From the NCBI GenBank assembly GCA_965223855.1, contig CBDCXM010000009.1:544001-608000 (forward strand): DNA of 64,000 bases, read 5' to 3'. The DNA comes from Candidatus Multivoradales bacterium. Its GTDB lineage: Bacteria > Acidobacteriota > Thermoanaerobaculia > Multivoradales > JAHEKO01. A program made the position numbers and the translations under genes. This document shows, piece by piece, positions 51,246-60,532 of the stretch; within the stretch, counting starts at the first letter, position 1; each line of letters begins with the position of its first letter. The notes under the pieces are model-generated. The model was given only the letters and a program-made list of their open reading frames with translations, did not search any database and was not told where the DNA came from.

Positions 51246-52430
51246 TCAGCGCGCCGTCGCACGGCGCGGCCACCACCAGATCGCCGCCCCGACAGCGAGG
51301 GCGATCTCGAACGCTCCGCACAGGGCGAAGGCGAAGCCGAAACCACGCTCGGCGTACGCCCAGGCACCAACGAGCGGCCCGATGGCGAAGCCGAGCGAGC
51401 CGGCGAGGTTGAAGCCGCCCATCGCGCTGGCACGGGTCTCCGGCGCTGCGAGCTGCGCCGTCAGGAGCATCGCCGGCGGGAACATCACCGCGGCGAAGAC
51501 GCCGAGGGCGATCATCACCGGCCCGAGGAGCGCCAGGTCGGCGACGCCGACCGTCGTCAGCACGATGCCGTAGACGAGTGAGCCGAAGATCAGCGGCCGG
51601 TACGGCCCGGTGCGGTCGGTCATGCGGCCGGTGAACACCTGCAGGAACGCGAACGGCAGCAGGAAGAGCGACAGATAGCGCCCCCGCACCGCTGCGTCGC
51701 CCGCCCCCAGAGTGTCGAGATAGAGCGGGAAGACGACGACGAAGAGGCCCACCGCCAGTCGATCGACGAAGTGGAAGAGCATCGGCAGCAGCAGGCGTGG
51801 CCGCTCGCGCAGCGCCAGCGCGATACGCCGCAGTCGCACGCCGCGCTGGAGCGACTTCGACTCCACCAGTGCCAGCGCGGCCAGCGCCAGCACGGCGAAC
51901 AGGATCGCCGCCGCGCCGAGCGGCGCGCGGGCGCCGAACCAGCGCGTCAGATAGCCGCCGAACGGCGCCCCGATCCCCACTCCGAGGATGAGGCTCGCCC
52001 CCATCAGACCCATCGAGCGGCCGGAGCGTTCGCGGTCGGGTCGGTCGAGCACCGAGGCCATCACCAGCGACCAACCCATCACCGTGCACGCCCCCTGAAC
52101 GAAGCGCAGCGCCAGCAACGAGGGCACCGTTTCGACGCCCTGGTAGGCGGCGTAGATCAGCGCCGAGCTGGCGAAGCCGACGACGATGAACGGCCGGCGT
52201 CGCCCGAGCCGATCGCTGGCGAGTCCCCAGATCGGCGCGAACAGGATGTAGGCGATCGTCTCGACCGAGAAGAACAGCGTCGCGTCGCGCACCGTGCCGC
52301 CGAGATCGTCGATGACGAACTCCTTGAGCCCGGCGACCACCAGGGTGAGGTTGAACATCGCGCCGAACAGCAGCGCGCATGGCAGGAGCACACCGCGGCC
52401 GAAGCGGGAGGATTCGCTGGACGAACTCAC
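51246..52430 (-). CDS. MFS transporter
   Basis: GLASDRLGRRR, RFVQG, GRMTDRTG; about 12 TM. Confidence 0.92.
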   Translation of the reverse strand: MSSSSESSRFGRGVLLPCALLFGAMFNLTLVVAGLKEFVIDDLGGTVRDATLFFSVETIAYILFAPIWGLASDRLGRRRPFIVVGFASSALIYAAYQGVETVPSLLALRFVQGACTVMGWSLVMASVLDRPDRERSGRSMGLMGASLILGVGIGAPFGGYLTRWFGARAPLGAAAILFAVLALAALALVESKSLQRGVRLRRIALALRERPRLLLPMLFHFVDRLAVGLFVVVFPLYLDTLGAGDAAVRGRYLSLFLLPFAFLQVFTGRMTDRTGPYRPLIFGSLVYGIVLTTVGVADLALLGPVMIALGVFAAVMFPPAMLLTAQLAAPETRASAMGGFNLAGSLGFAIGPLVGAWAYAERGFGFAFALCGAFEIALAVGAAIWWWPRRATAR

Positions 52431-52467
52431 GGCTGAAGGAAGCTGTTGGGGGAGCCGGGGGGCGGCC

Positions 52468-53172
52468 TCAGCGACCGGTGTCCTGGACCTCGAACTCGAT
52501 CCGGCGGTTCACCGCGCGGCCGTCGGGCGTTTCGTTCGAGACCAGCGGCCGATCGGGGCCGTAGCCGACCGCGGTCAACCGCTCTCGCGGCACTCCGGCC
52601 GCGACGAGGTAGGAGAGCACCGACTCGGCCCGACGCAGCGAAAGCTCGAGGTTCTCGTCGCGCGGCCCGCTGGCATCGGTATGCCCGGCGATTTCGATCC
52701 GCCCGCCCTCGCAGCCGGTGAGCGCCGCAACCAGTGCCGAGAGCGCCCCTTCGCTCGATTCGCGCAGGGCCGCACTGCTGCTCTCGAAGTCGATTCGCCC
52801 GGCGGTCAGAGCCTCGTCGATCGCTCCCTGGCAGGCGGTGATCGAGGAGCTGGATTCGATGCCCTGCGCCGGATCAGTGTCGACCCCGGCGGCAGGCGGC
52901 GCGATGTCGAGGGTGAGGCGGTTGGCGACGTTGCGCACGCCTTCAATCCCGGCGACGCTGTGTCCGGCGGCCTGCTTGCGCTCGACGTTGGGCACCGTCC
53001 CCTCGAGCAGCACGTCCCGCCCGTCGACCGTCGCCGTCACCTGGTCGAGACCCTGCTGGTCGACGGCGCTCTGCACTTCGTCGGAGAGTCTCGACTCGAC
53101 GGCGCGCGCCTCGGTCCAGGCGCACACGAACGCGGTCGCGACCAGCACGAGGATGGCGAGGAGCGGTCTCAC
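52468..53172 (-). CDS. BON + OmpA domain protein
   Basis: VDGRDV.LEG, GVRNVAN.L; F....A.L, GHTD, N..LS.RRA, GYG, NRRIEF. Confidence 0.9.
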   Translation of the reverse strand: MRPLLAILVLVATAFVCAWTEARAVESRLSDEVQSAVDQQGLDQVTATVDGRDVLLEGTVPNVERKQAAGHSVAGIEGVRNVANRLTLDIAPPAAGVDTDPAQGIESSSSITACQGAIDEALTAGRIDFESSSAALRESSEGALSALVAALTGCEGGRIEIAGHTDASGPRDENLELSLRRAESVLSYLVAAGVPRERLTAVGYGPDRPLVSNETPDGRAVNRRIEFEVQDTGR

Positions 53173-53210
53173 GGCAGTGCCATAATGCTGTCACGATTCG
53201 AGCCTCCGAG

Positions 53211-53462
53211 GTGGACCCGCGACAGGAAATCCGGCAACAGATCGAGGGGATCGCCACCTCTGAGTTCGGCTGGCGGGGCGCCCTCGCGGAGGAGATGCGG
53301 ATTCAGACCGACCTCGGCCTCGACTCGCTGCGGGCGATGGCATTGATCGTCGAGATCGAGAACCGCTTCGAGATCGTGCTCGAACCGGAGGACGAGGCGC
53401 GACTGGAGACGATCGGAGACCTCATAGATCTGGTGATCGAGCGCCGGCCGACCCTGGGCTGA
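53211..53462 (+). CDS. Acyl carrier protein
   Basis: DLGLDSL phosphopantetheine motif, IENRFEI, TIGDL. Confidence 0.92.
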   Translation: MDPRQEIRQQIEGIATSEFGWRGALAEEMRIQTDLGLDSLRAMALIVEIENRFEIVLEPEDEARLETIGDLIDLVIERRPTLG

Positions 53463-53478
53463 AACGCCAAGCGACGAC

Positions 53479-55203
53479 ATGGCGACCACACTGCAGGAGC
53501 TCCTGCTCGCGACCGCCGATGCCGGTCGCGGCGGGCTGCGGTTCGTCGACCGCCGGGAGCAGGCGGTCTTCGTCCCCTGGCACGAAGTCGCCGAGCGCGC
53601 TCTGGCGGCAGCGGCGGAGCTCGCCGCTCGAGGCGTCGCCGCGGGTGACCGGCTGGCGATCATCCTCAGGACCTCGCCCCGCTTCTTCGACGCCTTCTTC
53701 GGCGCACTCTTCGCCGGCGCCGTCCCGGTGCCCCTCTACCCCCCGGTGCGCCTCGGAAAGCTGGCCGAGTATCACCGCCGCACCGCCGCCATGCTTCACG
53801 CGGTCGGAGCGCGCCATCTCGTCAGCGAACCGGGTCTCTCGGGGCTGCTGGGAGAGTCGACCGGCAGCACCGTCGCGATCCTCGAGCTCGGTAATCCGCC
53901 GACCGCAGGCGTCGCGACCCCGCCGATCACGACCCCCACCGAGCTCGCGCTGGTGCAGTTCTCCTCCGGTACCACCGTCGATCCGAAGCCGGTGGCGCTC
54001 GGCCACCGCGCGGTGCTCGCGCAGACACGGCTCCTGAACGACCACTGGCGGCATCTCGAAGAAGCGAGCGGCGTATCGTGGCTGCCGCTCTACCACGACA
54101 TGGGGCTCATCGGCTGCGTGTTTCCGGCACTGGAGCTCGCCGCCGAGCTGACCCTGCTGCCCCCGGAGCTCTTCGTCCACCGCCCGGCGCTGTGGCTGCG
54201 GACGCTGTCCCGCTACCGCGGCACCGTCTCACCGGCGCCCAACTTCGCCTACGGGCTGTGTGTCGATCGGATCACCGACGATGAGCTCGAAGGGGTCGAT
54301 CTCTCGCCCTGGAGGGTGGCGCTCAACGGCGCCGAGACCGTCTCGCCGGAGGTGCTGCGACGTTTCGTCGAGCGCTTCGCTCCATTCGGCTTCCGACGGG
54401 AAGCTCTGTCGCCCGTCTACGGGCTCTCGGAGGCGAGTCTCGCCGTCACCTTCCCGGACCTCGGAGCGCCGTTCGAGACGCTGGTCGTCGATCGCCGGCG
54501 CCTCGCCGAAGAGGGTGTCGCCGTCGATGCCGCCGAGGGGCGCGAGCTGGTGTCGGTCGGGCGGCCGCTGCCCGAGTTCGAGATCGAGATCCGGGGAGAC
54601 GACGGCTCGAAGCTCGGCGACGACCGGGTCGGGCGTCTGTGGGTGCGGGGGCCCTCGCTGATGGACGGCTACCTCGACCGCCCCGAAGCGACCGCCGGCG
54701 CGCTCGTCGACGGCTGGCTCGACACCGGCGACCGCGGCTTCCGGCGTGACGGCCAGCTGTACCTCGTCGGCCGCGACAAGGATCTGCTGATCGTGCGCGG
54801 ACGCAACCATGCACCCGAAGAGGTCGAGCGCGCCGTCGACCGGGTCGCCGGAGTCCGCACGGGCTGCTGTGCCGCGGTCGGCGCCCCGCAGGAAGACAGC
54901 GGCGAAGAGGCGGTGCGGCTGTTCGTCGAGCTGCGGCGCGGCATCGCGCCGTCGCCCGACCTGGAGCGCCGCTGTCGTGACGCCGTACGCGAGGAGACCG
55001 GGATCGAGATCGACGAGCTCCACCTGCTCTCACCGGGCACCCTGCCCCGCACTTCGTCGGGAAAGATCCGCCGGGGTGAGACGCTGCACCGCCACCTGAC
55101 CGGGCACCTCACGCCGCCGAAGCGCTTCCACCTCGGCCGACTCGCCGTCGCCTGGTGGCGATCGTGGCGGGCGCGCCGCGCACCGCGGAGAGCCGACGCA
55201 TGA
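53479..55203 (+). CDS. Fatty acyl-AMP ligase (FAAL)
   Basis: QFSSGTT.DPK, SWLPLYHDMGLIG, PNFAY, NGAE, YGLSEA, WLDTGD, GRDKD..IVRGRN, PRTSSGK. Confidence 0.93.
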   Translation: MATTLQELLLATADAGRGGLRFVDRREQAVFVPWHEVAERALAAAAELAARGVAAGDRLAIILRTSPRFFDAFFGALFAGAVPVPLYPPVRLGKLAEYHRRTAAMLHAVGARHLVSEPGLSGLLGESTGSTVAILELGNPPTAGVATPPITTPTELALVQFSSGTTVDPKPVALGHRAVLAQTRLLNDHWRHLEEASGVSWLPLYHDMGLIGCVFPALELAAELTLLPPELFVHRPALWLRTLSRYRGTVSPAPNFAYGLCVDRITDDELEGVDLSPWRVALNGAETVSPEVLRRFVERFAPFGFRREALSPVYGLSEASLAVTFPDLGAPFETLVVDRRRLAEEGVAVDAAEGRELVSVGRPLPEFEIEIRGDDGSKLGDDRVGRLWVRGPSLMDGYLDRPEATAGALVDGWLDTGDRGFRRDGQLYLVGRDKDLLIVRGRNHAPEEVERAVDRVAGVRTGCCAAVGAPQEDSGEEAVRLFVELRRGIAPSPDLERRCRDAVREETGIEIDELHLLSPGTLPRTSSGKIRRGETLHRHLTGHLTPPKRFHLGRLAVAWWRSWRARRAPRRADA

Positions 55204-56420
55204 AGGCGCCCGAAGGGACGGCGATCGTCGTCGGCGGCGGCCCGGCAGGGCTCGCGACCGCCATTGCGCTGCGCCGGCACGATTTCGAGGTGACGATCTT
55301 CGACCGCGGCGAGCCGCCGATCGACAAGGCGTGCGGCGAGGGCATCATGCCGGCCGGTGTCAGGGCGCTCGACCGGCTCGGGGTGCGGCGGGGCGCCCTC
55401 GAAGGACGGGAGTTTCGCGGCATCAAGTACCTGGGAGAACGCTTCGCCGGAGAGCTGCCGTCGGAGGCCGTGGCTTTGGTCCGAGAAGACCGGCCTCCGG
55501 CGAACGAGGCTCGAGAAGACATAGCTCCCGACGACATCGTCGAAGTGCGCGGCGACCTCCCCGAGCCCGGGGGTCTCGCGGTGCGCCGGACGGCGCTCCA
55601 GCGGGCGCTCGTCGAGCGCGCGGAGGAGGTCGGCGTCGACCTTCGCTGGCGCACGGCGGTCCGCGGCCTCGTCGAGTACGGCGTCACCACCGACGACGGC
55701 CACCACCGCGCGCGCTGGATCCTCGGCGCAGACGGCCTTCATTCCCGCGTCCGTCAGTGGGGCGGCTTCGGCCCCGTGCCGAGCCGCCGGCCGGCCCGCT
55801 TCGGTGTGCGCCGCCACTACGACGTCCGCCCGTGGAGCGACGACGTCGAGGTCTACTGGGGCAACCGCTGCGAGGCGTACGTCTGGGGACTCGCCGGCGA
55901 CGAGGTCGGCGTGGCGATCCTGTGGAGCGGCGGCAAGAGCAGCTTCGACCGGCTGCTGCAGCGCTTTCCGAGGCTCGAAAAGAGGCTCGCCGGTGCCACG
56001 CCGACCAGTCACGACCAGGGCGCCGGGCCGTTCGATCAGCGGGTCCGCGAGCCGAGCCGCGGCCACCTCGCCCTGGTCGGCGACGCCGCCGGCTACCGCG
56101 ACGCGATCACCGGCGAGGGGGTGGCGCTGTCGCTCGAGCAGGCACTCGCGCTCGCCGACTGCCTGGGGCGGGGATCGCTCAAGGGCTACCCGCGGGCGTT
56201 GCGCCGACTCACCGCGCGCCCCTACGCCTTCATCCGTCTGCTGCTCTTTGTCGAGCAGCGGCCGGCGATGCGGCGGCGGATGCTCGACGCTCTCGCCGAC
56301 GATCCATGGATCTTCCAGCGTCTGCTCGACATCCACGCCGGGGCCGCCCCGCTGACCTCGCTCGGTATCGTCGGCGGCTGGACCCTGGTGCGGCGCCTGA
56401 TCCTCGACGGCGGCTACTGA
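55200..56420 (+). CDS. FAD-dependent monooxygenase/oxidoreductase (SrsC/FtpE-like)
   Basis: GGGPAG, DKACGEG, RRT.L, ADGLHS, GDAAGY.D.ITGEG; ATGA coupling to FAAL. Confidence 0.9.
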   Translation: MKAPEGTAIVVGGGPAGLATAIALRRHDFEVTIFDRGEPPIDKACGEGIMPAGVRALDRLGVRRGALEGREFRGIKYLGERFAGELPSEAVALVREDRPPANEAREDIAPDDIVEVRGDLPEPGGLAVRRTALQRALVERAEEVGVDLRWRTAVRGLVEYGVTTDDGHHRARWILGADGLHSRVRQWGGFGPVPSRRPARFGVRRHYDVRPWSDDVEVYWGNRCEAYVWGLAGDEVGVAILWSGGKSSFDRLLQRFPRLEKRLAGATPTSHDQGAGPFDQRVREPSRGHLALVGDAAGYRDAITGEGVALSLEQALALADCLGRGSLKGYPRALRRLTARPYAFIRLLLFVEQRPAMRRRMLDALADDPWIFQRLLDIHAGAAPLTSLGIVGGWTLVRRLILDGGY

Positions 56421-56990
56421 GCGGCGGTCGCCGCAGCATCGGTCGGCAGCCCGGCTCGGCGCTCATCGAGTCGCGCCAGCGCCTCGGCCGCCACCCGCAG
56501 CCGATAGCCGAGCTCGAAATAGCGCCTTTCCCGGCAAGCCCGTACGCCGTCGGCGAGCGCCGCCAGGACGACGTGCACCTCCAGCGCCTCGAGGTACGGC
56601 GCCCCGGCGACGAGCGTGCGGCGATCGACCCGCTCCAGGCTCTCGAGGGCGAGGGCGCAGCGCTCATGTCGAGCGAGCCGCCACAGCCGGTGCCGCGTTT
56701 CGAGCAGGCGGCGGGACTCGCTCAGCAGCGGTACCGCCCGATCGAAGCTCCGCCACCACGAGGCGACATCGTCTTCCGCCCCGGCGGTGGGCCCCGATCG
56801 TTCGAGCGACACGCCGTCGGCATCGCCGACGATCACCGCCCGGGATTGCGTCCCGGCTGCCTGGGCCGCGGCCACGAAGACGGCCGCCGCGGTGAAGAGT
56901 CGAACGATTCCTACGACACCGGTCCGCGGGCGCTCGCGCGCGGCCTGTCGTTGTGTGACCAACGTTCTTCTGACACTCCGTAGGCATCTC
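56414..56990 (-). CDS. Hypothetical protein (start uncertain)
   Basis: Signal-like stretch LFTAAAVFVAAAQAAG followed by a helical region; fills the gap between genes. Confidence 0.4.
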
Positions 56991-57072
56991 ATGCCCCGAA
57001 AGACGCGAAGCGGGCGGAGATCCTTGCACCGCCGCCGGAGGTCACCGGGCGCACGGGACGTAGAATTCCCCC

Positions 57073-58650
57073 GTGGCACGTCGTCGGAGCAGGAAAGAGC
57101 CGTCAACCGGCTGGCACGCAGTGCGTGCCGTCGAGAAGCCGATCGTCCCGACCTCCGCGCACGGTCGCTTCTCGCTCGCCCTCGCCTACGCCAACAGCTA
57201 CCACGTCGGCATGTCGAGCCTCGCCTTCCAGCGGGTGTTCGAGCTCGTCCACCAGACGCCGGACTGGAGCTGCGAGCGCTTCTTCCTCGACGGCGACGGG
57301 ATGCCGCTGTCGGTCGACACCGACTCGCCGCTCGACGCCTTCGGTGCGATCGCCTTCTCGATCTCGTTCGAGGAGGACTACGTGCACTTCCTGCAGATGC
57401 TCGATCGAGCCGGAATCGCCGCCCGCCGGGAAGCCCGCGGCGACGGCGACCCGCTGGTGATCGTCGGCGGCTCGTGCGCGATGATCAACCCGCTGACGCT
57501 CTCGGCCTTCGTCGACGTCTTCCCCCTGGGCGCCGCCGAGAACGTCCTCCCGGAGCTGCTGGCGGCGCTCGCCGAGGAGGAGGACCGCGAGGCGGTCCTC
57601 GCACGCCTCGCCGGGTGCGACGGCTTCTACGTCCCGGCGCACCACCGCCCCGAGGAGGGGGGGCTCGAGGCGCGGCTCAAGAAGCTCGAGCTCTCCGCCG
57701 AGCAGATGCGCCGGCCGGGCAACCTGCCGACCACCGCCATCGTCACCCCGCACACCGAGTTCGCGAACAAGTTCCTGATCGAGATGTCGCGCGGCTGCCC
57801 CGAGAAGTGCCGCTATTGCTGGGCGACCTTCGGCATGGGGTCGTTCCGCTGGCACCCGACCGAGTTCATCCTCGAAGCGATCGAGGGCGCCCGCGGCATC
57901 ACCGACCAGCTCGGCTTTGTCGCCACCGCCGTCGGCGACCACCCGGAGATCGAGCGCATCCTCCACGAGGCTAACCGGATGGGCTTCCGCAGCTCGCTCT
58001 CCTCGGTGCGCATCCCGGCGGTGACCCCGGGTCTGCTCGAGGCGCTCAAGGCGTCCGGCGACCGGTCGATCACCCTGGCGCCGGAGACCGGCAGCGACTC
58101 GCTGCGGGTGAAGCTCAACAAGCCGATCCCGAACTCCGTGCTCTACGACAAGGTGCGAATGATCTTCCGCCACGGCCTGACGCACCTGAAGCTCTACTTC
58201 ATCGTCGGCCTGCCCGAGGAGTCGATGGAGGACGTGCAGGCGATCCTCGACGTCGCCACGGAGTGCCGCCGCATCATGCTCGAGGAGCTCGCCCCGACCG
58301 GTGTCATCGGCCACATCCACCTCGGCGTCAACATCCTCATCCCCAAGCCCTACACCGGCTACCAGCGCGAGACGATGGAGGACGAGGCGACCCTCAAGGC
58401 GAAGCTCAAACTGGTGAAGAGGGGCGCCGCGGCGATCCCCAACCTTTCGCTCGCCACCATGCCGATCCGTCAGGCGATCTGGCAGACCTACATCACCAAG
58501 GCGGGCTCCGACGCCGCCGACCTGCTCGAAGCGGCGGCGGCCGGGGAGCCGATCTCGTCACTCCTGAGGCGCCACGCCGGCCGCATCGAGGCGGAGGTCT
58601 TCGCCCGCGGTGAGGGGAAGCTGCGATGGCACTTCCTGCAGACGGGTTGA
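57073..58650 (+). CDS. Radical SAM protein with B12-binding-like N-terminal domain
   Basis: Y.VGMSSL.FQ, GG.....NP, EMSRGCPEKCRYC, TLAPETGS, KLYFIVGLP, PKP.T. Confidence 0.9.
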   Translation: MARRRSRKEPSTGWHAVRAVEKPIVPTSAHGRFSLALAYANSYHVGMSSLAFQRVFELVHQTPDWSCERFFLDGDGMPLSVDTDSPLDAFGAIAFSISFEEDYVHFLQMLDRAGIAARREARGDGDPLVIVGGSCAMINPLTLSAFVDVFPLGAAENVLPELLAALAEEEDREAVLARLAGCDGFYVPAHHRPEEGGLEARLKKLELSAEQMRRPGNLPTTAIVTPHTEFANKFLIEMSRGCPEKCRYCWATFGMGSFRWHPTEFILEAIEGARGITDQLGFVATAVGDHPEIERILHEANRMGFRSSLSSVRIPAVTPGLLEALKASGDRSITLAPETGSDSLRVKLNKPIPNSVLYDKVRMIFRHGLTHLKLYFIVGLPEESMEDVQAILDVATECRRIMLEELAPTGVIGHIHLGVNILIPKPYTGYQRETMEDEATLKAKLKLVKRGAAAIPNLSLATMPIRQAIWQTYITKAGSDAADLLEAAAAGEPISSLLRRHAGRIEAEVFARGEGKLRWHFLQTG

Positions 58651-58693
58651 GGCGCGAAGCCGCCCCGCGAAATCCCGAGCCACGCGACGTCCG

Positions 58694-58721
58694 GTAACAA
58701 CCCGCGCCGCCGTGCCCCTGT
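58694..58721 (+). promoter_or_regulatory. Putative ECF-type promoter, copy 1
   Basis: GTAAC-N15-GCCCCTGT, same spacing as the copy at 60450. Confidence 0.55.
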
Positions 58722-58760
58722 AGGAGATTGAACCCGACGTGGCCCCTGGTGAGGTCTACC

Positions 58761-60416
58761 ATGCGTCGTCCCTTCGCCCCCCGTTCGAGTCCGACGGTTC
58801 CGGCCGCCCTTCTCCTCCTAACAGCTCTGGCGGTGATCGCCCCCGGCTGCCGCAGCTCGGGGACCACCGCGCCTCAGCAGCCGGTGCGATATGTCGCCGC
58901 CGCAAGGCCCTCGGGAAACGCCCTCGCTCGGGTGACCCAGAGCCTCGACGGGCTCGCCTGGACGGTGCCGCAGACGATCGTCGACTCGAGCGGCAGCGCG
59001 GTGCCCGCCTCGACCTCGATCGGTATCGCCTGGGACGGAGTGCTCTACCACGCCGCCTGGTTCGATGGCTCCCGCCTGCGCTACGCCACCTCCGGCAACG
59101 GAGACGACTGGCTCGCCTCCGCTTCCGACCTCGGGACCTTTCCGGTCGGCAGTCAGGCGCGGCCCGCCGTCGCCGCGGGAGCGGGAAAGGTGCTGGTGGC
59201 GTTCCTCAGCGGCAGTCAGATCGTCGTCGTCGACATCAGCGCACCGAGTCCCCTCGTCGTCTCCGGTTCGGCGTCGGCCGGTCCGGCACTGGCCTTCGGC
59301 AACGGCCGCTTCGTCCTCGCCTTCCCGAGCGCCGCCCCACGTTCGCTGCAGGTCCGCACCTCCGGCGACGGCGTCACCTGGGCGACCGGGGCCAACCTGC
59401 CCGCCGCGGGCTTCCAGCCCGGTGCCGTGGCACTCGGCTTCGATGGCGGTCGCTTTCAGCTCGTCCAGCGGATCTCGGTCAGCACCGGCACCCTGTCGCG
59501 TACCGACCTCCAGACCTTCACCTCGAGCGACGGCGCAAGCTGGACGGCCGCCGACGTCCCCCGCGGTCAGGCATTCGGCACCGGCACCGCCATCGCCGGC
59601 AGCGCCGGCGGACGGCTGCTGCTCGACGCCTCGACCCGGGTCCACGCCTACGTGGGCACTTCGCCGCCGGTCGCGGTCGGCTGGACCGCCCTCAACGGGC
59701 TCGGCCTCACCCGGGGTCGCGGCCGTGCGATGGCGAGCTTCTCGCTCGACTCGGTCACGGTGACCCGGGCTCAGGAGCGCAGTGGTGACGAGCCTTACTT
59801 CCTCGTCTACAGCTTCCACTCGCGGGTGGCGCGCCCCGGATCGACGCGGGTCCACTGGTCGGGGGCTCTCGAGAAGGTCGGCGACGACCTCGGCGACGGC
59901 GACATGCGGCCGATCCCTCCCGCCATGGGCAGCACCGCCTGGACGATCGAGCCGGCGCGCGACCTGGTCGACAACACCAACGGCCAGGTGGACATCATGG
60001 GGGCGGTGATCGTCGCGATCGAGGAAGACGGCTGCCCTGACAGCGGCGTTGCTGCCAGAGCACGGCAGGCGGAGACCGTGATCGCCGGCGCAATCGAGAG
60101 CCTCATCGCAGGCGGAACCCTGGGCACCCTGTTGAACCAGTCGTCGCGCAACGCAGCTGTCGCCGCCGCGACGACCTCCGTGCGCAACTCGCTCGGCGGC
60201 GGCAGCGGTTTCAAGAGCTTCTTCGGCTGCGCCACCGACCGCGACGATCAGATCCAGGATCGGATCGTGCTGTTCGTCGGCACGGAACTCTTCACCGAGG
60301 ACCCGTCGATGCGCACCTTCCGGATCGACCCGACGCGACCGACCCTGCCGATCTCGCTGACGTTCACCGACCCCGACACCACCTGGACGGTGGCCGCGAC
60401 GCTGCGGGTGCACTGA
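58761..60416 (+). CDS. Lipoprotein with Asp-box/BNR-like propeller repeats and a C-terminal domain
   Basis: Lipobox IAPGC; SLDGLAW, SGNGDDW, SGDGVTW, SSDGASW; GDEPY and EED motifs in C-terminal part. Confidence 0.8.
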   Translation: MRRPFAPRSSPTVPAALLLLTALAVIAPGCRSSGTTAPQQPVRYVAAARPSGNALARVTQSLDGLAWTVPQTIVDSSGSAVPASTSIGIAWDGVLYHAAWFDGSRLRYATSGNGDDWLASASDLGTFPVGSQARPAVAAGAGKVLVAFLSGSQIVVVDISAPSPLVVSGSASAGPALAFGNGRFVLAFPSAAPRSLQVRTSGDGVTWATGANLPAAGFQPGAVALGFDGGRFQLVQRISVSTGTLSRTDLQTFTSSDGASWTAADVPRGQAFGTGTAIAGSAGGRLLLDASTRVHAYVGTSPPVAVGWTALNGLGLTRGRGRAMASFSLDSVTVTRAQERSGDEPYFLVYSFHSRVARPGSTRVHWSGALEKVGDDLGDGDMRPIPPAMGSTAWTIEPARDLVDNTNGQVDIMGAVIVAIEEDGCPDSGVAARARQAETVIAGAIESLIAGGTLGTLLNQSSRNAAVAAATTSVRNSLGGGSGFKSFFGCATDRDDQIQDRIVLFVGTELFTEDPSMRTFRIDPTRPTLPISLTFTDPDTTWTVAATLRVH

Positions 60417-60449
60417 GGCGACCCCGCGGCTTCGACCCGAAGGCGCCCT

Positions 60450-60477
60450 GTAACCAATCGCGCGCTCCGGCCCCTGT
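60450..60477 (+). promoter_or_regulatory. Putative ECF-type promoter, copy 2
   Basis: GTAAC-N15-GCCCCTGT. Confidence 0.55.
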
Positions 60478-60532
60478 GACTACAGACCTGACCACCACCC
60501 TCCGAATCACCGATCGTCGCAGGGAGAGGACC

